From Chlamydiota bacterium (GTDB lineage Bacteria > Auribacterota > JACPWU01), in assembly GCA_016196885.1 (NCBI GenBank), contig JACPWU010000039.1, positions 1 through 32,000 on the forward strand: DNA of 32,000 bases, in the 5' to 3' direction. A program made the translations under genes and the position numbers. How positions within the stretch are numbered: the stretch's first letter is position 1; every line of letters starts with the position of its first letter. The notes beneath the pieces were generated by a model, which made no database searches, was not told where the DNA came from, and was given only the letters and a program-made list of their open reading frames with translations. Shown here in pieces: positions 15,852-24,096 of the stretch.

Positions 15852-16750
15852 CTTGTGCCAATCCATATTGCAAGCAAATAGAGTATGCCAATATAACCGT
15901 TCATTTGAAAGGCCCGTTGAGCCTTTGAAAGATCTTGAGGTTTTACAAGAGAATGTTCGTAAAGTATCACAAAACCAATAACGCTGCATCCAATGAAGTA
16001 AAAGAAATTGAGCTTAAAGGAAATTCCTGTCCACATCAAAAGTCCCAGGGAAAGTCCGTGGAGGAGAATCGCGATTCGGAGAGCTTTTTGAAGGCCAAAT
16101 CTCTGAGGAATGCTGAAGAGATGGTGATCTCGGTCAAATTGTATATCCTGACAGGCATATAAAATATCAAAGCCTGCAACCCAAAAAATAATTCCCAGAC
16201 TTAAAAGAATAATGGGTCCTTGAAGCCCATTGGAAATAGCAAGCCATACCCCTAAAGGGGAAATGCCTAGAGAAAGCCCCAGAAAAAAGTGAGAGAGCCA
16301 GGTAAAGCGCTTGGTGTGGGGATAAATCAGAAAAAGCATGAGCACCGGGAAAGACAAAATACCGCACGCCTGATTCAGTTGAAAAGCAGAAAAAATGAAA
16401 ATGCACGAAGAGAGCATGCTAAAAAAAGAGGCATTTTTTTTTGAAATAATGCCTTTGGGAATCTCTCTTTCTTGAGTTCTTGGGTTTTTAAGATCAATGT
16501 CGGCATCTGTGATTCTGTTAAATGCCATGGCTGCACTTCTGGCACTGATCATGGCCAGAAGAATCCAAAGAATTTTTGAAAGTGTGACAGGATAATAGGG
16601 GTGAACCAGTACAACCGCTGAGATTGCAAAGGGGAGTGCAAAGAGGCTGTGACTAAATCTAATCATTCTTAAATAATGAGTCGTCTGATGAAAAAGCCCA
16701 ATCTGCTTCGTTGCACGCTTCGCTTCCTTGTGCGGCGTATCAGAATACAT
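15848..16750 (-). CDS. UbiA-family aromatic prenyltransferase (MqnP/4-hydroxybenzoate polyprenyltransferase-like)
   Basis: It carries the NxxxDxxxD motif (FNRITDADID) and about 8 TM helices. ATG 16750 is preceded by GGAGG (16758-16754), whereas the track start 16783 has no RBS. Confidence 0.8.
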   Translation of the reverse strand: MYSDTPHKEAKRATKQIGLFHQTTHYLRMIRFSHSLFALPFAISAVVLVHPYYPVTLSKILWILLAMISARSAAMAFNRITDADIDLKNPRTQEREIPKGIISKKNASFFSMLSSCIFIFSAFQLNQACGILSFPVLMLFLIYPHTKRFTWLSHFFLGLSLGISPLGVWLAISNGLQGPIILLSLGIIFWVAGFDILYACQDIQFDRDHHLFSIPQRFGLQKALRIAILLHGLSLGLLMWTGISFKLNFFYFIGCSVIGFVILYEHSLVKPQDLSKAQRAFQMNGYIGILYLLAIWIGTR

Positions 16751-16804
16751 ACGCCTCCGCGGTCGCTCGCGTGCGCCTCGCATCTTGGGACTTTTTGATC
16801 AGAC
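16683..16804. repeat. nested palindromic element overlapping the 5' end of the UbiA-family gene
   Basis: gtctgatgaaaaagcccaa (16683-16701) pairs with ttgggactttttgatcagac (16785-16804), with 18 pairs, one mismatch and one bulge. An inner hairpin is ggcgtat..atacgcc, and the interior is GC-rich. Confidence 0.7.
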
Positions 16805-16833
16805 TGTATCTAAGAGGATGCTTTAGAGAATTT

Positions 16834-18039
16834 TTAACTATTGTACCCATTAATTTCTTCATGACTTTCTTCTATTAAAAATGAAAGAGGATCTTTGATT
16901 TTTTGAGACTCTGTTTGAACATAAATAAAGCGGGCTTTTTTGCCTCGTTCTAACGACCCATATTCTTTTCCAAACCCTAATGCTTGTGCCCCGTTTAGGG
17001 TCGCCATGCGTAGAATAATCGGATAGGAGAGAAAAGGAAAGAGGTTTTTGAGAGCCTTCATTTCATTCCAGAGATCCAGATCTGTATTGCTGGCCAAGCT
17101 GTCTGTTCCTAGGGCCAGGGGAATTCTTGCCGAAATCAATTTCTTTAAAGGAGCAATTCCAGCGCCTGTGTAAAGATTGCTTCTGGGGCATAGAACAACA
17201 GGGCAATGAATCTTTTTGAGTTTTTGAATTTCACGTGGAAGGGGGTCAACGCAATGGACACATAGCACCCTCGGATTTAAAAAATGGTGTTTTTGTAAAT
17301 ATTCAATGGCTCCCAGTCCTTGTCCCAATTTCGAATTTTTTGAAAGCTTCGGAAAGGGTTCAAAAAGTTTAGCAAAAGGGCCTTGATGATGTTGAATCCA
17401 TTCCGTTTCTTCAAGAGATTCTGCCAGATGAATGCTGGTGATGGCTTTGGTTTTATTTAAATGACTTCTCATTTCTAAAAGAAGTTTTTCTGGAACGGTG
17501 TGTGGGGCATGACAAGCCGGGGCAATTTTAAAAGAAGGAGCTTCCCTTCGAAGTTTTTTCTCAATTTTGAAATAATCTTTAAGCGTACTGTTATTTCCAA
17601 CAAGTTCATAAAAAATGGAGCCTCTCAGTCCCTCTTTTTGAAGAATAGGAGCGGCAAGTCCTGTGTTTGTGACTTCTCCGATTAATCCCGTTCCTGTTTT
17701 TTTGAGTGATTTGACGGTATTTTGGATTCCTCGAATCATCTCTTCAGGTGTCAATAGATGGCGCAAGGTCATCATTTGTTCTAACCAATCTGTAAATTTT
17801 TGGGACGGCTTTATTTTCCCTTTTAGACAAGAATATTCCAAATGGGTGTGTGCATTGACTAAAGGAGGTAACACCATTGAAGATCCCAAATCTTCGATGA
17901 GAACTTTAGGATAATTTTTGATCAGGGAAGTTGCTTTACAGACTTGAAGAATTCTGTCCCTGTGAATGAGGAGAGCCCCATCCTGTATGGGAGGCCTGCT
18001 GATAGGAACAATCCACTGGGCACGGATCATTTTGAGCAT
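16834..18039 (-). CDS. amidohydrolase-family deaminase (aminodeoxyfutalosine deaminase-like)
   Basis: The metal-binding HxH motif is VNAHTHLE, and the C-terminal part has LALGTDS. Its position next to the UbiA/UbiX/UbiE genes suggests a menaquinone (futalosine) role. Confidence 0.7.
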   Translation of the reverse strand: MLKMIRAQWIVPISRPPIQDGALLIHRDRILQVCKATSLIKNYPKVLIEDLGSSMVLPPLVNAHTHLEYSCLKGKIKPSQKFTDWLEQMMTLRHLLTPEEMIRGIQNTVKSLKKTGTGLIGEVTNTGLAAPILQKEGLRGSIFYELVGNNSTLKDYFKIEKKLRREAPSFKIAPACHAPHTVPEKLLLEMRSHLNKTKAITSIHLAESLEETEWIQHHQGPFAKLFEPFPKLSKNSKLGQGLGAIEYLQKHHFLNPRVLCVHCVDPLPREIQKLKKIHCPVVLCPRSNLYTGAGIAPLKKLISARIPLALGTDSLASNTDLDLWNEMKALKNLFPFLSYPIILRMATLNGAQALGFGKEYGSLERGKKARFIYVQTESQKIKDPLSFLIEESHEEINGYNS

Positions 18040-18074
18040 GGGGGATAAAAAGGAAGATCGAAGTATTAAGTTCC

Positions 18075-18560
18075 TTAACGCTTTCGCAAAGATTTTTTCT
18101 GATTTATTTTTTTAATTTTTTCAAGATCTATTCGATCTTGCGGTCGATTTGAGGCATGTTTGTTTTTGATGAGTTCTTCAAGTCCGATGAAGAAAACAAT
18201 TTCGCCTCCATATTTTCCTTTTTGTCTATTTTTCCAAACTTCTTCAAAAGTGCATCCATCTATGGAAGTGATGAGATCAATTCTCACAGGTTCGTAACCC
18301 AGTTGAACGGTTTTACCTGGTTTTTCAAAATCTTTTATTGTGAGTTTAATACTTTCAAATCCAAAATCTTTGAGGGCATGAAGAATTCTTTCGGCATTAT
18401 GCGTGTTGGGTTCAACAAAGACATCAAGGTCTTTTGTGTATCGAGGAATGGCGTGAAAGGCAACTGCAAATGCTCCAACGACCGTATACTTGACTTTATG
18501 TTTATTGAATAACGTGAGCAACTCTTTGAAGTCTTTTTCCTCGTGCATGAGGTTTTCCAT
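18075..18560 (-). CDS. nucleotidyltransferase-like protein (DUF6036/AbiEii-like fold)
   Basis: VVGAFAVAFHAIPRYTKDLDVFV matches the G[SA]..h....R.T.DxD pattern of minimal nucleotidyltransferases. Confidence 0.55.
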   Translation of the reverse strand: MENLMHEEKDFKELLTLFNKHKVKYTVVGAFAVAFHAIPRYTKDLDVFVEPNTHNAERILHALKDFGFESIKLTIKDFEKPGKTVQLGYEPVRIDLITSIDGCTFEEVWKNRQKGKYGGEIVFFIGLEELIKNKHASNRPQDRIDLEKIKKINQKKSLRKR

Positions 18561-18699
18561 TTTTGATTTTGTAAAATATTTCTCTTAAAAGTTGCATGTC
18601 TTGAAGTCTCTCGGAGGGTGACATGGCCCGGTAATACTCTAAGTCAAACTCTTCTGCCTCTTTGAAGGATTTTGCTTTATGAACCCAAATTTTTCTCAT
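18502..18699 (-). CDS. small partner protein of the nucleotidyltransferase module
   Basis: This 65-aa ORF overlaps the start of the downstream nucleotidyltransferase gene. It is homologous to ORF 1481..1663. Confidence 0.45.
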   Translation of the reverse strand: MRKIWVHKAKSFKEAEEFDLEYYRAMSPSERLQDMQLLREIFYKIKNGKPHARGKRLQRVAHVIQ

Positions 18700-18711
18700 A
18701 CCTTCCTTATA

Positions 18712-19125
18712 TCATGAACCCTTCATAGAAAAAAGTTTAAAACCAGCCAATTCAAAATGTTTGTCGAATGTAAAAACGCGATGGATTCTTCTTTTCCTCA
18801 TCAAGACAAATGAAATGCAGTCTGTGAAACTGACCTTCTGATCCGCGTATTTTTGGAACACTTGAATCGCTTCTATTTCATCTTCATAATCTGGACGGAG
18901 GATGGTCAAGCTCCCAGATGAATATAAGTTTTTGGCTCTTTCAGCTGCAAAACGATATCCTGTCCGGCGGGCCAGCAATGTAAATGTTTCATCCAGGACG
19001 AAATTACTGGTGATATAATTCTCATGGGAATTTTGAAGCATCTCCCAATAGGCTAGAGATTTTGCGTTATACCGATCTTCGGTCGAGAAGCGTGAGACAA
19101 AGGCACTTGTATCAATAAAGATCAC
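18712..19125 (-). CDS. vapC: PIN-domain toxin VapC
   Basis: It has an N-terminal IFIDTSAFV motif, internal acidic residues and a C-terminal FTFDKHF. It overlaps the upstream antitoxin by 4 bp. Confidence 0.85.
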   Translation of the reverse strand: MIFIDTSAFVSRFSTEDRYNAKSLAYWEMLQNSHENYITSNFVLDETFTLLARRTGYRFAAERAKNLYSSGSLTILRPDYEDEIEAIQVFQKYADQKVSFTDCISFVLMRKRRIHRVFTFDKHFELAGFKLFSMKGS

Positions 19126-19358
19126 AAGTCATCTCCATAGAGATAGTCGTCGTGCCTTTCAGAAAGATCCTTGGGTACTTTTCCACGAAAGACTGCCTTA
19201 TCAGAAAAGAGAGGATCATCAGAATTCTTCTTCTCCGTCTTGAGAGCCACGCTTAACGATTCTCGAATGAGCTCTCCCAGGGAGATACCCATTCTCCGAG
19301 CAACCTGCAAGGCTCTAAATTTAAGGTCGAGGGGTAGCATGATGGTTGTTCTATTCAT
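19122..19358 (-). CDS. vapB: ribbon-helix-helix antitoxin (VapB-like)
   Basis: TTIMLPLDLKFRALQVARRMGISLGELIRESL shows an RHH beta-strand plus helix pattern. The gene is coupled to vapC. Confidence 0.75.
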   Translation of the reverse strand: MNRTTIMLPLDLKFRALQVARRMGISLGELIRESLSVALKTEKKNSDDPLFSDKAVFRGKVPKDLSERHDDYLYGDDL

Positions 19359-19409
19359 AAATGAATATCCTTATATATATATACATAATAACATAGCCAT
19401 AACTTTTGT

Positions 19410-20828
19410 CTAGGCTTTTAAAATCAAAAGCCTTGGCTCCGTCATTTCTTCCATGGCGTAGCGAAGGCCCTCGCGGCCGAAGCCGGAAGATTTTGTTCCA
19501 CCGTAGGGCATGTGATCCAATCGAAAAGTGGGGACTTCATTGACCATGAGACCGCCTACTTCAATTTTTTCAAAGGCATGTAAAATTCTTCCAATGTCAC
19601 GGGTGAAAATACCCGCCTGGAGTCCGTAGGGTGTGTCATTCACTGACCTTACGGCTTCTTCGAAGTTGGCATAAGAAAAAATATCTACCAGAGGAGCAAA
19701 GGCTTCTTTGTCGCAGGCCTTGGTTCCCTTAGGGACATTTTCTAAAACAGTGGGTTCTATGAAACTCCCCTTTCTTTTACCTCCAGCAAGAAGTTTTGCA
19801 CCGGCTTTGACAGCTTCTTGAATCCATTCCTCGGCTCGAATGGCCTGATTTTCTTTGATCATGGGCCCGATGTCCGTGGCCTCATCCATGGGGTCACCGA
19901 TTTTTAATTTTTTGACACTTTCTAGGAAACGCTTCACAAATTCAGAATAGATTTTTTGATGAATGTAAATTCTCTGAACTGAAATACAGACCTGCCCCGC
20001 ATAGGCAAAGGCGCCTCTCAGGCATCGTTGAACGGCCAAATCTAAATCTGCATCCTCATGAACAATGACGCCGGCATTCCCCCCTAACTCAAGTGTGATC
20101 CTCTTGTGATCACATCTCCTTTTTAGATCCCAACCCACATCGGGGCTTCCGGTGAAGCTGATCATTTTGATGCGCTCATCCGTGATAAGGGCCTCGCAGG
20201 CTTCATGATGAGATGTGACTACATTGATCATTCCTGAGACTACATTGCAGCTCTGAATGATTTCACCCAGCAAAAGAGCTGTGATCGGGGTATCCATCGA
20301 GGGCTTGAGAATGACGGGATTTCCCACGGCAAAGGCAGGGGCGATTTTGTGGACGGCCAAATTCAAAGGATAATTAAAAGGTGTAATGGCCGTGACGGGC
20401 CCCATTGGAAATCTTTTAACGATACCGAGTCTTCCTTCTGAGTCAGGTCTTAAGTCCATGGGAATGAGTTCGCCGGGGATACGCTTGGCTTCTTCTGCGG
20501 CAATCTCAAATGTCATTACGGCTCGGTCTACTTCCATGCGACAATCCCGAATGGGTTTCCCATTTTCTTGTACAATCATTCGAGCCAATTCTTCTCTGCG
20601 TTTGAGCAGGGCATCTGCAATGGCCTTCAAAATTCGGGCTCTTTCATGAGAGGGAAGATGTCTTGATTTTTCAAAGGCCTCGACGGCTCTTTGAATGGCT
20701 TTTTCAGTGTCCGATTTTTGGGCCAAGTAGACAGATCCCACAATTTGGCCATTAAAAGGATTAATGACTTCTTGGGTTTTTGTAGACTGATGGGGTTCTC
20801 CTGCGATGAGGAAAGGATATGTTTTCAT
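19410..20828 (-). CDS. NAD(P)+-dependent aldehyde dehydrogenase
   Basis: It has the ELGGNAG catalytic Glu motif, the GQVCISVQR catalytic Cys and FTGSPDVG. Confidence 0.9.
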   Translation of the reverse strand: MKTYPFLIAGEPHQSTKTQEVINPFNGQIVGSVYLAQKSDTEKAIQRAVEAFEKSRHLPSHERARILKAIADALLKRREELARMIVQENGKPIRDCRMEVDRAVMTFEIAAEEAKRIPGELIPMDLRPDSEGRLGIVKRFPMGPVTAITPFNYPLNLAVHKIAPAFAVGNPVILKPSMDTPITALLLGEIIQSCNVVSGMINVVTSHHEACEALITDERIKMISFTGSPDVGWDLKRRCDHKRITLELGGNAGVIVHEDADLDLAVQRCLRGAFAYAGQVCISVQRIYIHQKIYSEFVKRFLESVKKLKIGDPMDEATDIGPMIKENQAIRAEEWIQEAVKAGAKLLAGGKRKGSFIEPTVLENVPKGTKACDKEAFAPLVDIFSYANFEEAVRSVNDTPYGLQAGIFTRDIGRILHAFEKIEVGGLMVNEVPTFRLDHMPYGGTKSSGFGREGLRYAMEEMTEPRLLILKA

Positions 20829-20832
20829 ATAG

Positions 20833-20889
20833 TTCTTAATTTTGAGTTTTAAGTTTTTAATTTTTCAACTCAAAACTCAAAACTTAGAA
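20833..20889. repeat. hairpin built from tandem heptamers (TTTTGAG / CTCAAAA)
   Basis: The left arm 20833-20855 pairs with the right arm 20867-20889 at 20 of 23 positions. The heptamer period continues to 20894. Confidence 0.75.
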
Positions 20890-20906
20890 CTCAAAATTTC
20901 TTTTCA

Positions 20907-22262
20907 TCATCCTTCATATTTTGCCAACACCATACTCCCTGACACACCTCCCGCAGCGCAGGCGGCGGCAATACCATATTTTGCCTTGGAATCTTTTTTT
21001 AGCTCGTAGCCTAGATTGAGCAGGATGCGTATTCCGGAGGCGGCCAGAGGGTGCCCGAGTGCAATCGAGCCGCCATGGGGGTTTACATGGCCGCTCTTCC
21101 ATTGATCGTACCAGTGATGGCCAAATTTTTCCTGGCCCACTTTGAAAATAGCCAGGCATCCGGCAGCAAAGGCTTCATGCAGTTCAATGACATTCATTTG
21201 GTCAAAGGAAAGTTTAGTTTGGTCCAGGGCCCTTTTCACTGCAAAGGCGGGTCCTACACCCATCAATGCGGGGTCAACCCCTGCAAATCCCCAGCCTTTG
21301 AGTTCTGCCATGATGTCAAGCCCAAGCGCCTTTGCCTTTTCATCGGTGGTGACAATGACAGCAGCAGCGCCATCACTTCGGGGACATGAATTAAAAGGGG
21401 TAATGGTTCCGCGCGTTTTTCCTGCGATAAATTTTTTCCCTTTGATTTCATTTCCGTAACTGTCCCAAAATTGTTTGAAAGGGTATTCTTCACTGTCAAA
21501 CATGGCAGGCGCCTTTTTTGCTTTTTCGGGATCAATCACAAAAGATTCTCTCAAAAGGGGATTCTCGTCGTTTTCCAAGCCCCCTTGTCCCTCTTTTTTA
21601 ATGGGAGGAACATAAGGCTGATAAATTCCATTTCGAATGGCTTTGATTGCGCGGGCATAACTTTGAATCGCGTAAGCATCTTGCTCATCTCTTGAAATAT
21701 CATACGTTTGAGCGAGAATCTCGGCTGTTTCCGCCATGATCATGCCTTTGACGGGATCTCTCAACCCCTCAAGCATGCAATCACCTACTTCGATGTGGGG
21801 ATCTTCCAAGAGATGAGTCCAATTCTTTTTTAAATCTTCTAAAGTTTTGAGCCCTTTATATCGCCTTGCGCCTCTAATAGAATAGGGGAAGGAGCTCATA
21901 CTTTCGGTTCCAGCGGCAATAAAGAGTTCTCCGTCACCCACGAGAATTTGCCGGGCTGCAGACGCAATGGCCTCAATGCCTGAAACACAGTTCACATGCA
22001 AGGTGAAGGCAATGGCCTCATTGGGAATGCCCGCTTTCAGAGAACATACGCGCGCGATGTTGGGGGCATTGCTCAGTTGTCCCACCCAGCCCATCATGAC
22101 ACCGTCTACAAGCTTGGGGTCTAATTTAGACCGGTTCAGAACTTCTCGCAGGGCAAGGGTTCCCAATTCATCCGGGCGAAAATCTGCCAAGCCTCTATTC
22201 ACATGACCGAACGGAGTTCTAACTCCACACGCTAAGACGATTCTTTTTTGGATCATGTTCAT
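20907..22262 (-). CDS. thiolase-family acyltransferase (long form, about 450 aa)
   Basis: VNCVSGIEAI is the active-site CxSG, with NPHGGSIALGHPLAASG and a C-terminal CAAGGVSGS. ATG 22262 (MNMIQKRIVLACGVRTPFG) is preferred. Confidence 0.85.
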   Translation of the reverse strand: MNMIQKRIVLACGVRTPFGHVNRGLADFRPDELGTLALREVLNRSKLDPKLVDGVMMGWVGQLSNAPNIARVCSLKAGIPNEAIAFTLHVNCVSGIEAIASAARQILVGDGELFIAAGTESMSSFPYSIRGARRYKGLKTLEDLKKNWTHLLEDPHIEVGDCMLEGLRDPVKGMIMAETAEILAQTYDISRDEQDAYAIQSYARAIKAIRNGIYQPYVPPIKKEGQGGLENDENPLLRESFVIDPEKAKKAPAMFDSEEYPFKQFWDSYGNEIKGKKFIAGKTRGTITPFNSCPRSDGAAAVIVTTDEKAKALGLDIMAELKGWGFAGVDPALMGVGPAFAVKRALDQTKLSFDQMNVIELHEAFAAGCLAIFKVGQEKFGHHWYDQWKSGHVNPHGGSIALGHPLAASGIRILLNLGYELKKDSKAKYGIAAACAAGGVSGSMVLAKYEG

Positions 22263-22266
22263 GGCG

Positions 22267-23238
22267 TCATCCTTTCGCTTGATTGACATCTTTATTTATG
22301 GGAGGGGGTGGTTTTTTTGCAAAGGGCAAAATCTTGCCAAAGAATTTCTTTCGCTCAAGCTGAGAAATAAGCAATTTCAATTTAGGAAGGGCACTCCAGG
22401 TGGCTATTTCACCTCGGCGAATACATTCCCGGGCTTTGGAAAAATGGGCCCAACTGATATGGCCTACATCGGGTTCAATGATGATATCGGCAGGATTTAT
22501 TTTCATTTTACTGAGTTCGTAGGCTTTGATATTTTCAGCCTGAACCACGATATCAATCAAATTTCTAAATTTTTTTCTCTTCTTTACTTCTTTGCCAACA
22601 TCCACCGCAATGACTAAATCCATTCCCATGTCTTTTGCTGTTTTAACAGGAATGGGCTCAAGGATGCCGCCATCGGCCAGCAGTCGCCCAAAAAGTTCAA
22701 CGGGGGCAAGCGTCCCGGGAATAGCAGAACTGGCCAAAATAGCTTCTTTTAATTTACCATGTCCCAAAATAATTTTCTCTCCTGAATAAAGATCGGTGGA
22801 CACGGCAATAAAAGGAATCACGCATTCCTCAAAAGAAGTTTCTCCGACCAATTCATGAATCAACTTTTCAATGAGGGCCGAGTCAATAATCCATTTCTTG
22901 CTGGCCCGAGTTTTCCATATATAAATTTCGCGAAGGAAATTAGCCAATCGCCTAAGGCCTGCATGACGGGTATCATCTTCACTTTTGAGGAAAAGGGATT
23001 CCAGGCGAAAAAGGGTTTCCCGTTCTAGAAAGCCAAAGAGTTTTTCCTCCAGGACTTTAGGGTCGGGTGTAACCGCGTAAGTCCCGCCGATCACGGCTCC
23101 CATGCTGGTACCTGCAATCAGATGGATCGGGATTCTTGCCTCTTGGAGGGCTTTCAAAACGCCAATATGGGCCAATCCTCTTGCGCCGCCTCCCCCCAAG
23201 GCTAAACCTATTTTCAGTTTAGTGGGCTTGGCTTGCAT
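22267..23238 (-). CDS. patatin-like phospholipase
   Basis: GGGGARG forms the oxyanion hole, GTSMG is the GxSxG nucleophile, and ADGG holds the catalytic Asp. Confidence 0.9.
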   Translation of the reverse strand: MQAKPTKLKIGLALGGGGARGLAHIGVLKALQEARIPIHLIAGTSMGAVIGGTYAVTPDPKVLEEKLFGFLERETLFRLESLFLKSEDDTRHAGLRRLANFLREIYIWKTRASKKWIIDSALIEKLIHELVGETSFEECVIPFIAVSTDLYSGEKIILGHGKLKEAILASSAIPGTLAPVELFGRLLADGGILEPIPVKTAKDMGMDLVIAVDVGKEVKKRKKFRNLIDIVVQAENIKAYELSKMKINPADIIIEPDVGHISWAHFSKARECIRRGEIATWSALPKLKLLISQLERKKFFGKILPFAKKPPPPINKDVNQAKG

Positions 23239-23461
23239 AAGTCCCTTTCACATTTAATATAGCGCATTTCGTAACTTCCTGCAAATGGATTGGGTTAGGG
23301 CTAGGTTATCTAGAAGATATTGTGTTCATTTTACTTCAAAATAGCGTCAATTCCTTCTTGCCAGGGAAGGGCTCTTGTATGCTTGATTCTTTGAGGTTGG
23401 GGATCCCGAGATAAGGAAAGCGAAAATTTATGTTTTTTATGGAAGCTTAAAGATTTCATGG

Positions 23462-23500
23462 ACCATACTCCATATTTTCGCTCATATTATGGAGTATGGT
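23462..23500. repeat. 13-bp perfect inverted repeat
   Basis: accatactccata (23462-23474) is the reverse complement of tatggagtatggt (23488-23500). Confidence 0.8.
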
Positions 23501-23551
23501 TAACACGTCCTTTTTTGAAAAAAATCGAAGCCTAGCTGCTATAAAAAGAAG

Positions 23552-23773
23552 TCAAGCGGCATATCTGAGAATTTCCAACTCCGCAGATTCACTTACTTTG
23601 CTGAGCAACTTTTCCACATGCTCCATGACGGAGTCATCGAGGATATATTCATTACAGTTTAGACATTGAGAGACAGGTAATTGCTTTAAGATGACAATGG
23701 TCCTCTCACTGGTTTTGAAAGGTAAATCGGTTACAGTAGATTTCATAGGGTTGCCGCAGATTCGACATTTCAT
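23552..23773 (-). CDS. YgiT-type zinc-finger antitoxin
   Basis: It carries CRICG...CLNCNEY, with the overall pattern MKC.iCG......t.....g..vvi..vP...C..C.E. Confidence 0.7.
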   Translation of the reverse strand: MKCRICGNPMKSTVTDLPFKTSERTIVILKQLPVSQCLNCNEYILDDSVMEHVEKLLSKVSESAELEILRYAA

Positions 23774-24096
23774 AAGCGTCTCCTTTTCTTGAAATTATCT
23801 TCCCACTCCGTATGAGTAGGGTAGTACGATGTAACAACCCGAATATGATCATCTTTAACATCCACAGCAAACAAGATATGTACGGGACGATCTTCAAAAT
23901 ATGCATAAACAAGATAGCTGGGCAAGTATTTATCTTCTGGATATGACTCTATTACCTCGTAACTGTTCGCTGACTTGATAATCATGTCTCGTGCAATCAT
24001 ACGTTCTTTTAGACGCATATTTACGTGATAAGTCCATTTTATTTTTCCTTCATAAACACATCTGCGGATGAAATCCAAAGGATTATTTTTTAACAT
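23770..24096 (-). CDS. DUF4258-family toxin-like protein
   Basis: HVNMRLKERMIARDMI...VIESYPEDKYLPSYLV...HILFAV matches the DUF4258 pattern. It has an ATGA overlap with the downstream Zn-finger gene. Confidence 0.7.
   Translation of the reverse strand: MLKNNPLDFIRRCVYEGKIKWTYHVNMRLKERMIARDMIIKSANSYEVIESYPEDKYLPSYLVYAYFEDRPVHILFAVDVKDDHIRVVTSYYPTHTEWEDNFKKRRRL

Noticed and set aside
15852-15989. N-terminal 46-aa extension of the UbiX-like ORF, and the antisense plus-strand ORFs 15252..15647 and 15370..15705.
   Set aside because: The extension would overlap the UbiA-family gene by 142 bp, whereas ATG 15851 gives a canonical ATGA coupling and the conserved IVAITGASG follows soon after. The plus-strand ORFs are antisense shadows of ubiX.
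748-20896. CRISPR arrays, considered because of the short tandem repeats (13-mers at 748-786 and the heptamer arrays at 9.35, 10.3, 15.8 and 20.85 kb).
   Set aside because: The repeat units are 7-13 bp with no unique spacers between them, and no cas genes are present. These are tandem or inverted simple repeats, not CRISPRs.
7090-22789. Many 60-130-aa ORFs nested in or antisense to long genes, e.g. 7090..7320, 7448..7738, 8161..8355, 8814..9038, 9399..9791, 10738..10974, 11619..13799, 16167..16406, 17500..17914, 18156..18512, 19171..19413, 20386..20649, 20914..21695, 21967..22206, 22255..22617 and 22592..22789.
   Set aside because: Each is fully contained in a longer ORF that has clear family motifs. 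None has motifs of its own.
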